DNA of 64,000 bases from Paraspadella gotoi (GCA_051294375.1 CM119263.1:24223657-24287656), one strand, 5' to 3'. Counted from the stretch's first letter, positions 11,727 to 25,800 are shown. Notes: a model not told the origin generated them from the letters alone. Numbers and translations are program-made.

Positions 11727-14700
11727 TTACACTGAACTACAATCATTTAATAAGGGAGCGGCGTCATTTTCGACGGAAGGGGAATGAGAAGATTTTAAGT
11801 GTTCAGTGAGACGGTCTTTTCTTGTGAACTTTTTGTCGCAGAGTTCGCAGTGGTGTTGAATCTTCAAATGGACGCTCTGCACGTGCCGGTTCACGTGCGC
11901 CTTGTTGGTGAAGGATTTGGAGCAAAGGTCGCAGTCGAATCTGAGACCGTTGTGAACCGTGTTCACGTGACGGACGCGTTGAAAGTCTGACTTGAATTCT
12001 TTATCACATTGCGAGCAAGAAAAGACCGCCTCGCCGTCGGCCTTGACAACGGGAGCCGCTGTACTATCCGATGTCCTTCCTTCGGTCCCCTCCAAATCCT
12101 CGCCGGCGCCGCACTCGACGCCGTTGGCCGATCCGGCGTCGTTTTCGGTGCCATCAGGATCTGGAAAGGGATTCGTATCGCCGTCGCTGCTAGCGGGAGC
12201 GGCGTCGTCGTTGATGCCGTTCTCCGAGCTTGGTTCGCAGATGCGACAAAAGTCACACTTCCACGAGCCGGACCTCTTTTTCGGAACCTTGTTTAGCACG
12301 GAATCGATGCAAGCGACGTGGAAGTAAAAGTTGCAGCTGGAGCAGGTAGCCGTGTTGCTTTTTTTCCCAACCTCCTTACAGGTCTGGCAAATGATCGGTG
12401 GCGAATTCGCCTTTTTCGGGGATTTGATAGAAGAGGGCGTTTCAGTGGTAGATTCCCCGTTGACACCAGACCCGGGGTCGCCGTTTTCGGGCGCTGCAGT
12501 TTTCCGCCCCTTCTTCGTGCGAGTCGGAGTCAATGATTCGGTAGACGCCGATGCCTCCGCCTTAAGCTCAGCGCGTTTCTCTGCCAGACGGCGTTCCTCC
12601 TCGTCTAAGGAGAAACGGCGCTTCATCTTGATGCGGCGCTTGGAAGGGGCGCGCTGTTGCATGCGGGTTATCTGCTGATCGACGCTCCTTCCTTCTTCCA
12701 CTGCGACGGAGGCAGAACCGTTGGTGACCGACGCTTCTGGCACAGGAAGAGCAGCGTCAACTTCCGGCTCTTGTTCCGCTATCTCCGGATCAAAGTCTCC
12801 CTTTCCGCCTCCGTAAGCGGAAGGTTTTATCTCTCTCTTATTAGAGTTAAAGACTTTGATTGGAGAAGGAGTTCTAGAGGAGAGGAAAAAATAATTTATA
12901 TAATTGAAAGAATAAATATAAATAAATAACAAAAGATAATACTTTTTGTTACCTTTCCGGCGAAGAAATAAACTCGTACTCGTCCGACGACTTTGAGTCG
13001 ATGAGTAAAGCGGAGGATTCCAGCTGCGAATCGACGACGCCCCCGTCATTTGACAACGCCCTCTTGAGTATTCGCTTCGGCTGCTGCCCCGCTGTAAAGG
13101 CGGAGGAAGCTGCGGCTAACGAGTAGTTCGCCGGGCAAAGCTTCGAATCCGCGGACGTCTCCTCCTTGGAGAATATCGAAGGAGGCAGATCGAAATCGGC
13201 GTTGGTAGTTTTAATCTTTGGCATCTTTGGAATGCTTTTGAAGTCGCAGAAAAAGCTCTTTTCCCGCTTTCTATCGCCATTGACTTCCTTCTTCGCTGAG
13301 TCTTTATTCTCAAAAACGTCTTCCTTTTTATCCTCTTTTTCTGGCGCAATAGTCGTCGACGTCGTCGTATCGTCCCCACGATTGTGCTCGACTGAAGCCA
13401 ATGTGAGCTGATCGAATGATGTTAATATTTCGATGCTGGAGTCATTTTCTCCAGACCTAAAAAAAAGTAGGTAAGACCTCAGATAAAAAGTCTTGTTTAC
13501 AATTAAATTTAGATATCGATTAGTAACTAACGTATAACATCAATTAACTTTATCAAATTCGAATATGCGCCATTAAAATACCTAAATAATTATTTGGAAA
13601 ACCTAAGTAAATACAAAAAATAATCATTTCCATTACCTACGGCTCGGCCTCGACTTGGTTTTGCCGCTTTTTTTCGGACTTTTCCAGCCTTGCCGCGAAG
13701 AACTGGCAGACCCTGGACTGGAGCGACGTGGCTGGAATTGGGAAACGGGACCGAAAGGGTCGAATTGATGGTCGTCTGTATTTACTCGTAGCGGAGTGGC
13801 GACCGCGGCCGAATCGCGATCGGGTGTCGAGGATGATGGCTCCTCGGGCAGAGCAGGAAGACGAGGCGGAAGAGAAAAGCCCGAAGAGAAGGTGGGCGTT
13901 GGCGAGGAAGTAGGGGAAGGCGGAAGATGAAGGCGCGGGGGAGCTGGGACCGGTGGCTTGGGAGTCGAAACCGCGCTAGAATGGGGCAGCTGCGAGGCGA
14001 AGATGGGCGGGTGCGGCGGCGAAAGTGCCAGGGCCTTGGCGTAGTCCACGTTGCAGACCGAGGCCGATTCAAGAGCGGGCGGTCGGTCCGGCGACGAAGA
14101 TCGCTCGGTGGGCGTAGACTTTGGCGGCGTTCGGTGAATCTCTGGAGAGGCTTTGGCCGATTCGGTGAAGGAGCCGCTGATGGAAAGCCGTTTACAACAT
14201 TCTTCGGATCCTTCAGACAACGTTTTCCCGAAAAAAACGTCATCATTGGTTTCGGTGGGGGACGGAATAGGGGTGAGAGCGGCGGTATCTCCGGAATCGG
14301 CCGATTCGACATGATCGCCGGCGTCGTCGAGAGCCTCACTGGAATTAATCGACTCAACTGCCGGGGCTACAGGTCGCCCACTGCTTCTTGGCATCTTTTG
14401 GGGCGGTTCCTCGGTGTCGTTGGAAGCCGTCGCCAGCGTCGCCGAGACGGGGAACGGCTTCGGCTTGGCGACGCAACGCGGTGACCGCTTCGGAGCGACG
14501 CGCAGAGGAACGTCGGAAGGGCCAGGCGTCAGCTGGGGACCGGCGCCGTCGGCGTTGAAAGCGACGAATGAAGGGGAGAGGTCTGGATCCACAACGGATT
14601 CCGACGGACGCTGCTGTTTAGAGGATTCGACGAGCGACTCGATTAATTCAGTCATGGAACTCAACAGCTTTTGCTCTGCCTCAGTTTGTGGGAGGACTTC

Positions 14701-17700
14701 CAACGAGTTTTCCAAGGAGGAGGTTTTGAGTGAGACTGACGCTTTTTTCCCGCGGTTCGACCTCCGACGGACCCTCGTTGGAGGCGAAGACTCGAGAGGC
14801 GGTGGGGGCGTTTGCTGTTGAGGTGGCAGAGGTTCGGCGCTCCCCGATTTAACGGGAGTCGATTTTCCCCTGATCGCTCTCGATCCGGCGCTGTCCAGGT
14901 CAAAAGCGGCCACGCTGGGCGTCGCATTGCCCTTGGATGCCAGGTTAAATCGCGGAACTTCCCGGCTCCTAGGTGTGGTCCCTTCTTTGTTCGGGCCCGG
15001 GGCCCCGTCGCCGTCTTCACCGTCTTCGAATTTCTTGGGCTTTTTACGATTGTTCCTCAATTGCCGCGGCTCCTTGGCGCGCTCTATCAACTTCTCCTCT
15101 TCGTCCTCTTCATCCTCACTTTCCGCGGTGCATTCGGAACACGCCCACCCGAATTTCTTGGTCTTCTTCGGCATACGGGTGAGCGGCGGTTCTAAACAGG
15201 CCAGATGGTACCACTCCTGTAAGCAAGTGAATGTTGTGAGAGCTTAAGAATGGTTGAAAAGAAATGACCATCATTTTGAACGTAATCATTCTCACCTTGC
15301 AAGTGTCGCAGTCGATCATGTTAAACTGCTCATTCTTGCCATGACAATTTTTGCATTGGTGGAGCAACGTTTCAAGAATCCCGTTTTCGGGAGACTTTTC
15401 GGCATCTGAAAAATTATAGAGAAAAAAAAACTGAGTCGTTATGCGAAGGAACAAATCGCAAAAAAATCTAACCTTTCACGGGCGAAAGGGTGAGAATCGG
15501 GGAAGTTTCGGCCGGCGTATTCCGCGATTTCGATACTTTGATTTTCGCCCCAATCGATCCCCGAGGTTCCAAAGCTTTCGTCTGTTATCGATTGTCCAAT
15601 CATTGTCAACACTTTCGATATACAATGATTTTTTATTCGTCTCTCGCGTCTTACCTTAATGCTAAGCGCGCCTCCATGAGGTGGGGGCGGAACTTGACAT
15701 TTCCCTGAGATTCGGCGCCTCTGCCTTCGCAGAGATTTGGGCAACTCGTAGGTTTTACCGCTCACGCACTCGATCAAGCGCCAGAGGTGAATGAAGGCAT
15801 CCTTGACGGAGAAAAGATAAATGGAAGCATTAGATATATTGAGAGCGCAGGTTGAAGAAAGAATTGGTAAAATAGCTGGATACCTGAGTGGATTTGGTAA
15901 TCTTCTTCTGCTCTTCGGTCTTCTGAATCTCCTGCTCGTACTTTTGACGTAACTGGAACTCTTCCCTCTTCAAGTTTTCGTTTTGCTCCTCGAGGAAGAC
16001 TTGACGGCGACGAGACTCGGCGACGCGATTGTTTCGCTCCGCAAAATAAGTGATGAACTCGACGCTGAAAGCCGGGGCTACATATCCTTTCTTTTTTCCC
16101 TCATCCATCTGAAAATGATGAGGTTTTTTTCACTCAATATCAGTTGCATACTGATCACAAGGAATTCGAAACCTTCCTCACAGTACGATATATTTGTACG
16201 ATTTTGCGATTAGGGCAAATTGAATTCTTAGCAAATACCATATGAAAAATATGGTATTTGCTAAGAATTCAATTTTCGCTACCTGCAATTCTAAAACATG
16301 CTTCCGATGAGCTTGAGAATTCGTCACACCGATGCCCATTTGTTCAGCCTTTCTATGAAGGATCTCCACAGCTGAAGGACTGGACTCCATCGCCCGCGCC
16401 ATCTTTTGCGCCGGAATCCATGTTGGTAACCTCATGACGGTAAAAAGGTAAATTTACTAAAATTAACATTTAAATTTTGACATAAAATCGTGACAACCAA
16501 AACGAGACCCAAGACCGTCCAAAATATGAAACATTTAACCAACCTGTTCCCCCGGGAAACGCCGTATTTGGCTTGACGTTTGGCGAGTTTACGCTGAATT
16601 CGTTCATGACATAACGCATCGATAATAGAGTGAGATTTAAAACCACTGTGAAAGCAAGAAAAACACAGATCTTTAAGTTCAATGCACAGCGCTTGTTTTA
16701 AGGCAGTCTTTTACCGAACATGAGCTTGAGCCGCCATCCAATTGCGTTTATTGACTCTCGCAATGTCCTTGTCCACGTGCTGTTTACATGAGGCCCAATA
16801 CGGATCGGGTTCGCCCGGAGCCGCGCCTTTCTCCGGCCGCGTCTCCGATAAAAGACCGAGACGCTGGGCGCAGCTGGCGTGAAAATGGGCCCGACAAAGG
16901 CCCGCATCGCATCCTATTGTGATTCCCGTGCGACTAATAGACTCGTCTTCGCACAATTGGCACTCTTTGCTTCCGAATCTTACAAAAAAAATTATCAAAT
17001 ATCGGAGGTTTTAACCAATAGATACTTCTTGTCATAAAGAGAAAACCTCACCTCGAAGAGGCAATCTCGAAAAGGGTTACGTTTGAGAGAGTATCAATGT
17101 TGGAAAAGGCAATGCCGGGGACGTAGAGCGCGCATATCATGTGAATCCAATCGCCCATATCCGTCTCTTTGAAGATGCCGCCGCGATTGGGGCAAACCTG
17201 GCACAAAGGATCCAGGACGCCTGCCTTGCATGAGTCACAAAACCAAGGCTCGGTGCTGTTTGAGAAGAAGGGAATCAAAGGAGGCCAAGATTAAAAAAAT
17301 TTAACAAGGACCACTCTAAATCATTGCAATGCAAAGGTCGTTCTCATAGAGTATAGTTATTTCGTGCTTTTCGTTTCGTTGCGTGTGAAATTTTGTTTTG
17401 TTTACAAACAACTTATTTGCTTTTATTTTCATTTTCAACTTTACAGTTCGTTTATTACGTGCCTTGCCGAGGAATCGGTGGACGCTATAGACTGCGTATC
17501 GGAGACACCGTAGCAGCCTTCGTGGACACAAACGCCGCAAGAGTCGCACTCGACGATCTCGTCGTTCGCCTCCGACGTCTGCTTGAGGCAGACCGAGCAG
17601 ATGAGAACCGACGAAGAGTGAAAAGTCGATGGCGCCATCGTCGTTAACTTGAGATTCGCAATTGAAAAAATATTAAAGTATCGTGATCTCGCCAGACGTA

Positions 17701-20700
17701 CTTTCAAAGAAAATTAAAAAAATCTTAAAAGCACAAATATCCATCCTTAAATTTTTATATATAAAAAAAAACACGAATGATTGATGCGATGATAAAAAAT
17801 TATCGTAACTCTCAAATATTTTTTTTAATAAATTTTAAAAAAAAATTTCATAAATCAAAAATTATATAATATTATATTTTTTATACTTAAAAATTGGTAC
17901 AGGTTTTATTTTAATGCATTAAATAACAATATGATTAATGCCTAGCTTTTAAGGGTATTTTAAAATTCAAAATTATTTAAAATTTATTTAATTTTAAAGA
18001 AATAAAAAATGTTATATGTTAAATTATTCATTATTTTAAGGGAACCGCACTTATTGGGGAGAATCAAAAATTTACAGCGAATACATGCTCAAATAAAAAT
18101 TTATACATTTTTAAATATACTTTCAATGAACAAAAATTTAATTATATGGCTCTATACCATAGTAACTAATTTTTATAATATTTATATATATATTAATATA
18201 TATTAATATATATATATTTACATATATTGTTATTAAAAATCTAATTTATTTTTTTGCTAAAAATTTCAAAAAAATGTTTTTTTCTATTTAGTAATATAAT
18301 AATTTTAATTAGGCTAATACATTCAGAAAAAGCATCTTTAACAAAAACGCTGTATATATTAGCATTTAAATTTCATCGGCTATAACTACTTTTATTTACT
18401 ACTAATAAATATTAATTTATAAAAAAATAATTTATTTTTTTAATTTTTGTAGTAAGCTACTTTTATATATAATATTATCCGTAAAAACTTTTACAATTTT
18501 AGAACAGGCTTTTTTAAAATTTTGATAGCAATTTGAATTTTTCGTCAAAGTTAATAAAAAAAATATATATTATGTATATCATTTTTAAAAACAATGAATC
18601 CAAATTTTTAAAAAAATCTTATTTTAAAATTGTAATACAGGGAGTTCCATCTCTAATGGAACTAACTTCAAGTGCTTACAGCACAAAAAAAAATTATGAT
18701 AAAAAAAGCAAGACCAAGTTAATTCTTTTTTTATCGATATAAAAAATGTTTGTAAAATCCAACGGCAATTACTGTAATTAAAACTTTGTATAACATGTCA
18801 CAGAACTATCGACTTTCTAACATCTGTAAAAATGGTAAGAATGGCAGCATTTCCAATAAATGTGAATATTTTGAGAAGTTTATGGTTACTTAAGGTAAAT
18901 TATTTTAATAGATTGCATTCTTCTAACATTTTTTTAAATATATACCAATTTTTGTAACATATTCCTTTCTTTTTCGTTGAGTTGATGTTATTAGAAAAGT
19001 TTGAAATTGAATTCAACAACGAGATCGTTGTTGAATTCAATTTCAAACTTTTCTAATAATACCAATTTTTATATCATTAATATTATGTTTTCCTATCCTA
19101 ATTATTTTTATTACATTAATATTCATTAGTACAATATTATTTATTCTTCACTAATAAAATTTTAATTTATATTTTAAATTAAAATTTTTTAATATACTTT
19201 AATATCAAATTAAAAAATCTTAAAAGCATAAGGATCGTCGCTATTGTATAAAAAAAATATGGACCCATGACAAACTTTGACACTCAAAAAATCTAATTTG
19301 ATAAAGGAAAACTATGTTTTATATATAAATCAATTAAAAAAATAATAAAGTACTGAGGAAAATAAAGTTAGTTTCTGAAAAAAAAAAAACTTTTTCATTG
19401 TCAAATAAAAAAAAGAGAGAAAGAATAAGAGAGAGAGAGAGAGAGAATCGTTTTCGGACGAATCAGCAGCGGCAGCAGCAGAGGCAGCAAGAAAAAAAAA
19501 AGAAATCAAAAGGCAGCAGCAGAAGCAGCAGGAGAAAAGAGAAAAAGAATAAAGCCCCTGCAGAGCCAGCTGCAGACACGTTTTTTTCCCCCGATGAATC
19601 AGCCTGGGGAAAAGAGAGAGAGCTATATATAATTAAAAGAGAAGAGAGAGAGAGAAGGAGATATAAAAAAATAATAGAGGAAATTTGTTTGCTTAGATAA
19701 AATGTAAACAAAAGATATTTAATAACTGTCCTCACCCAATTTCAAGGACCTCGATGATGCTTCATGCACCCAAATTTAATCATGAAAAGGGCGATCAATA
19801 AGTTGGAACGCCGACGACGACGACGCCTACGCCACTTATGCGCAAAAGCGTTACATGATCGTCGCAAACGAAAAGCGATTGCAACGATAAAATGAGTGAT
19901 GACAACAACGACAATGACTAAGAAGCCCAAGTAAACCTAAATCTCGCCCAAAACGGGCCGAGGCCTGTCTGGCGAAATAAATATACTTAGATATTTTGGC
20001 GGTATATTCACAACGCTTCACCCCAGACTACACTCAACTAAGTAATGGGTCAGAGGGGGAATGCAGCACTCCAACCGCGCATTCCATCAGTCATAACGAC
20101 TTCCCGCCGCGTTGACAAAGCGAAGGGGTATATAATATATATTATATAAGCGGGCCCGTGGCAGGCGGCGTCACTAAAGGACGAAATCGCCTAATGCCAA
20201 CGGGTGTGATGTCCAACCCAGTTGGGCATAACAGGCAACCCCTGCTGTTGCTATAATATTTTATTTTACAAAAGTTTGCCTTAAAAACTATTCTACAAAA
20301 TATAAAAGAACCCTACCCACCTTCAAAGGTTCTTCGCGCGCGAACTGCGGAGTGGAGTTTCCGGTGGCAAACCCGATGGTCGAGTTGTCATTGGACCACT
20401 GAAACTCGCGCTCCGTCATCTGCGCCTCGGGCGTCTCGTCGGCGCCGGACTTTTCCAGGTCAGAACTCCCGTTGAGGACGTCGGAATCGTCGCCGGATGC
20501 TTTTTCGTCTGGATCACGGGGGGGGGGGGAAACAAAGGTTTTAGGGAGCAGAAAAACACTCTTCCTTTCCAAGCGGAGTGACGCCCACCAGAATCATGGT
20601 TTGACTCATCGGGTTCGGAATTCTCTGACTCGGACGACTGAGTCGGTTCTTCGTTCAATTTGTAGTCTTCGTCGCTGAAAGGGAAAGAACGACACGTTTT

Positions 20701-21140
20701 ACATTAAAACATAAAAATGACCCACTTTGGGTTTTCGCCAAGAGTCGACAAAAGACGAAGGTTTACAATCGATTATAGAAATATATCAAAAGTATCTAAA
20801 ACAAATAATATACCTTTCGGATTCAGACTCTTCGTTTTTTTCGAATTTTTTCAGATCCAACCGATTGAGAAGTTCCTTACGCGCGACAGGCTTGATCTAT
20901 ATCACAAATTTATATTTCTATCTTTAATATTGTTTCTTTTTTTTCCATTGTAAAGAAAAAGATAAGATGCAGGGGACTAACTTGACGCTTGTTGGGAGCC
21001 CTGACGAGCATCTTCTTGTAAAAGGCGTCGACATTTTCCTCGGACAAGTCCATCGGGCCGCCCTGGGGCTCGGCGCCTTCCGTAGCCGGAACTGGAGCCC
21101 GGTCTTGGGTAGGCGCCTCAACCTCACCTTCACCGGTCAT
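11727..21140 (-). CDS. PHF14: PHD finger protein 14 with extra C-terminal C2H2 fingers
   Basis: The N-terminal KRQIKPVARKELL resembles the PHF14 N-terminus. Further domains are a PZP module (ICSVC..CDSCGVCVHEGCYG..PWFCDSCKAG..CPNRGGIFKETDMGDWIHMICALYVP), a coiled coil, PHD3 (YHLACLEPPLTRMPKKTKKFGWACSEC), PHD4 and three C2H2 fingers. Confidence 0.88.
18989..19058. repeat. Perfect 34-bp-arm palindrome with 2-nt spacer
   Basis: tattagaaaagtttgaaattgaattcaacaacga GA tcgttgttgaattcaatttcaaacttttctaata. Confidence 0.95.
19212..19715 (+). repeat. Dispersed AT-rich repeat with (GA)n tract; related copies at ~23710-23915 and ~49620-50050
   Basis: The copies share the block tcttaaaagcataagga..tcgtcgc..gacaaa(c/t)tttga..aatttga. 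Confidence 0.75.
19995..20255. mobile_element. Structured solo-LTR-like element, family B, copy 1 (TSD ATAT)
   Basis: atat|tttggcggtatattc...gctgttgctata|atat; homologous to the copies at 40387, 51252 and 63365. Confidence 0.75.
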
Positions 21141-21416
21141 CGTGGATTGGCTCCGGCGAATAGTTCCCAACTTTGTTGAGACGTCGGGCGTCCATTATTC
21201 GAGGAAAGAGTCGTTATTCAATTTCAATTCACCAATTTTTACCGTGTCATCCGTGAAAACTAAATTTTTTTGCCATAAAACTACAGCAAAGATAATAAAA
21301 ATGACAAGTAGGCAAAAAATTATCCCCGAGAAAACAAAAATACTAAAAAAAAACTGCGAAAATATATATTAATGGGGTCAACAATAAAAAATTGGAATGA
21401 AAGAACGCAAAAGTGG

Positions 21417-22285
21417 TCAAGCTTTGCTGCCAGACGCCGAGGCACTAGTACCACCTTCCGAATGGGAAACATGTTTTTGGTCAAGTTTACTTTTGTAGTT
21501 CTTCGCCATGTAAATAAAGTAGGTAAGGACCTCTTTTTCTGTGACTCGCAGCGTCTTGAAATGACGAGTAAGATGATCAGCAAGCTGCGACGAAACATCA
21601 AATTCAACGAGGAATCAAAATGATTTTAAATTCGGATTTACCTGCAATTTGGTGAGACCAGGACGGGTGTGGATACTCCAATGTCTTTTGTAGCGTCTCA
21701 AAGTATTCATACCCAATTGGAAAAGATCAACGTCAGGGTATTCATCTTCATGATCGGGACTTCGAGATCCTGTCGCTGTAAGAATGATTTAAAGTATTTT
21801 CATTCAATTTCTTCGAATAAATTGTTTCAGATGAGTAGTAAAATAATTAACAAACCTTCTCCCTCGTCAATATTTTCTGAAGTGTCACGTCTTATTCTGC
21901 GCGCTCTCGAAATTTGAATCATGTTTTTGTGATGATCACAAATGTAAATGTGTTGCGCAGAATTGTCTAACTGAAGCTGGAGTTTCCTTTGAGCCACTGA
22001 AATGATAATCGCGATAAATGATTAGTGCTCAAGGGTGAATTTTGCTTTGTTGGGAGGAGAAGGATTTCGAGCACGCTAACCAGTTTTGCCGATACGTTTG
22101 TTGTAGGAGGCGTTGCCAGCGATTCGCGTGCATTTCTCGCCGCGATCGATCAACGAACAAATCTGAGTGTGAGTAGAAGCGACGGCGGCCGCGGCGGCCA
22201 CGGCAGGGTTGGCCACGAGGCGTTGGTTGGTATCCATGGGCTCATCCCCGCGAGAGTCCTCCTCAGTCGTGAAGCCGTTAATCAT
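21417..22285 (-). CDS. SAP30: SAP30/SAP30L histone deacetylase complex subunit
   Basis: Exons encode MINGFTTEEDSR, QICSLIDRGEKCTRIAGNASYNKRI, HIYICDHHKNMI and HFKTLRVTEKEVLTYFIYMAK. Confidence 0.92.
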
Positions 22286-22840
22286 AATTAGGGATTTTGA
22301 AAGGTAAAGTTTTTACTCAATTCGCCAAAAATTCATCTCGAAAAATTAGGAAATCTCTAGGTAGAATCAGAAAATCGGATAGTAAATAGAATGAATTCTA
22401 TCAAATTCAATGGCTCTGATAAAGAAGATAAGAAAAAATACAGTACCCAAAACAATTAGTACTTCATAAATCTGATTTTAATTTAAACGACGAATAACTG
22501 CAACGGAACAAAGCTAGTACATTTTGGTCATAAATATGTACAGTCGGTAAATGACAAAACTTATATTTTTTATCCAATTTTACACAAACTGAAAGTGAGT
22601 GAGATGGAAAACGAAGAATACGGGGGAAAAAAGCTGAGACCGAAGACTAAGCTCAATGAGAAAAATATATCTAAACTATGAACACATAGAAAAATTGTGC
22701 TTTTAAAAAAATTTAAAACGAAAATTTTTTTTTCTCTAGTTAACAATGTTTGGATTAAAATTTAAAAAAGATTAAAGCATAAAATGAGATTGAGAAAAAG
22801 GGAAAATTTTAAAAGAAAACTCGCGTTGCAGATTAAGTTT

Positions 22841-25800
22841 TCAATTGCGATCCAACTGCGACTTGGAGAAAGAGACGCGAAGGTGCTGCTTGCGGAACTG
22901 ACGATTGTGCATTCCGATCAGCGCGAGCACGGCCTCTTCCGTCGAATCCAATGATAGCAGCGCCATCTTTTGCGTCTCGTTAAAGAACTACAAGAAAAAA
23001 AATTAGATTCGAATCGACGGAATTCTCCTACCAACAAATTTCCAAGACTTACTTTGAACTGATGAACCGTTCCGAAGTCCTTGAAATTTTCGATCAGCTC
23101 TTCTTCCGTCACTCCCTCGGCGATGTTGGACAAATGAAGAGTTGGTCCGGGTTTGAAAATGTTCGAGCAATTTTTGGATCCGGCCTTCGGAAAGAAGAGT
23201 TTTACAAATAAGAAAAAATCCTACTATATCTTTTAAAAGGCAATGGTATTTACCTTCTTGTATCGGTGCAAGGGAGAATTGGAGAAGTCCTTGGTGAGTC
23301 CGCTGGCGTTGGCGGGATCGTCCCTGGGCATGGAGACGGTGTTGTGCTTCGAAATGCGGACATTCATCGGCTTCCCCCAGCACACGAGCTTATCCAGATG
23401 CTGACGGGCGATTTCGGCCATCCAGGGATCGGACATCTGAATGAGGGCCGTGTCCTGAACCAAAAATTTTTACTTAAGGACCAGTAGACAAATCAATTTC
23501 TTAAACTAATTCAAATTCTTACCTTCTTATTGAAAAGAATCTTCACCCTTACAACGTCCCCATATACTCCAAAAAGAGTAAATAGATTGTCGACTGTAAG
23601 AGTTAATAACGAGATTAAATTGATAGCCACCTCACGCCTCACAATACAAGTCAGGACAAAACTTCTTAACGGGGTAATTCGGAACACTGACATATAAAAT
23701 ATTTTTTAAAAAATCTTAAAAGCATAAGGATCGTCGCAATCGCATAAGAAAAGTCTGGATTGACGACAAATTTTGATACTAAAAAAAATTAAATTTGAGA
23801 AAAGAAAATTAGATTATAAACAGAAAGAAAAATTATATTTTGCGATAGTCAATTAAAAAAAATAATAAAGTACGGAGGAAAATTAAAGTTACAGTTTCTG
23901 AAAAAAAAAAAAAATTGTCATCCCAGGTACTCTGGGAGTGAATAAACGAGACTGGGAGAGAGTCTTGATTGAAAGCTTGCAGCGACCTGCTATGTCATTA
24001 TCTTGTAAGAGTGATGGAGGCCTTAAACCACCAAAGCCTGTCCAAAGTCAGGGGCAAGATAGCTTATTTATTAAATGAATGGATAATTTTTAGTTTGGTT
24101 GTACCAATTTCATAAAATTCAGCTCCTTGTATTTTGATGCTAGTGCGGAGTACAATAAGTATTCCCCGATCTAATACTTAAGGGAGTGGTCTTTTCATAC
24201 AATTGAAACATTCTTTGAAATATATACCACTTCATTGATAGGGAAGCCAGGTACTCTGGGAGTGAATAAACGAGACTGGGAGAGAGTCTTGATTGAAAGC
24301 TTGCAGTGACCTGCTATGTCATTATCTTGTAAGAGTGATGGAGGCCTTAAACCACCAAAGCCTGTCCAAAGTCAGGGGCAAGATAGCTTATTTATTAAAT
24401 GAATGGTAATTTTTATGTTGGTTGTACCAATTTCATAAACTGATCAGCAGACGCAGCCCCTTTCAATTATTAAAGTTACAGCATTCGGCTGCTGCTGCAG
24501 CATTAATTAACGCTGATGAAGGCTTGCACTGAAAGCTAAAACATTTCCGTGTGAAAATAAAAATCGTTGTTGAAACTACATGGTGACAATTTTACAAGCG
24601 CCGGTAAAAAAAAAAACGCTGTCATTTGCAAACCCATAAAGATTTTTTCAATGTTAAAAATGAATTTAAAAGTAAAAACCCGAACTATTTATTAAAGCGT
24701 AATACAAATTATAAATTTAACTTTAATTAAAATTCTAAAAAGTTAGGAACGAATAACATTATACTAATGAACATTTATGTATAAGAAAATTGTATAAATT
24801 TTATAATTTACGCAGTAGGCTATATTTATACTAGTACTTATCCAATAAATGTTAAAATTTCAAAATAGTTTTTTGTAAGATTTTTTTTGCAGATTTAAAT
24901 TCATCAAAAGTTGATATAAAGAATTAAATAAAAATTATTTTATTAAATTGATCAAATATAAAAAACTCTATATTTTAAGCTGAAAATTAAAATTTTATGT
25001 ATTAAATATAGTTTTTTTAATATTTAATCCACTTAAAGAATTTTTAAAAATAATTTATATTTTCTTTTATCAAGGAATTCAAATCTGCAATTAAAATTAA
25101 AAAAAACCTATTTTAAATTTTTTAGATTTTATAAGGAGAGTACTTTATATAAATATAGCTTACTGCGAAAATTAAAGAACATAAAATTAATTTTTTTTAC
25201 AAATTAATAATCACTGATGTTATGTTGTTCATAATTGACATTTAAAATTTTTGTATATAACTTTCACTACGCCCTACTATTTATATATACAAATTTTATA
25301 AGAATAGACTTTGATATGCCTCAACAATGATAGCAAGAAGATGGATTTGAAAATCGTATTTAATTTTTAAACTCAATTTTTTTAGATTTGAATTTTTTCT
25401 CTTACTTTCACTTTTCTACATATGTACTATGTAGCAGATTAATGTGTGGTGACTAAATGTGTGTCTAAATGTGGATTATTTCAAATGAGAAAGTTCCTCA
25501 ACCTCATTTGCATATTGATATTTTACAATGGGAATTGAACATGTTTGTTTGTGGTTCAATTAATAGCTAAATAATTAATTATTCAATTGTCATAATTACT
25601 GAATTATACTTATAATTATTCTTATCAATCCATCTGACTTTTGTTCATTTAGTAAGTGATGAGATATGCCGTTGTTCACTTGTTTCTGTTACCTTTGTAC
25701 TTTTTCATCTGCTTTCTCTGCCTTACCTGTACATTCATTTAATAAATAAGCTATCTTGCCCCTGACTTTGGACAGGCTTTGGTGGTTTAAGGCCTCCATC

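Larger units (their letters stand above)
23923..24439 (+). repeat. Direct repeat with a 324-bp period (~195-bp repeated segment), each unit carrying a twister motif
   Basis: ccaggtactctgggagtg starts at both 23923 and 24247, and the two copies are near-identical. Confidence 0.92.

Noticed and set aside
9996-15247. Numerous plus-strand ORFs of 60-185 aa
   Set aside because: These are antisense shadows of GC-rich minus-strand exons with no recognisable domains.
19398-19735. ORFs over (GA)n/purine-rich repeats (also 49705-50061)
   Set aside because: Low-complexity repeat translations inside introns.
20288-21170. Separate small gene between SAP30 and the PHD exons
   Set aside because: Its exons resemble the PHF14 N-terminus and splice in frame to the exon ending near 17648.
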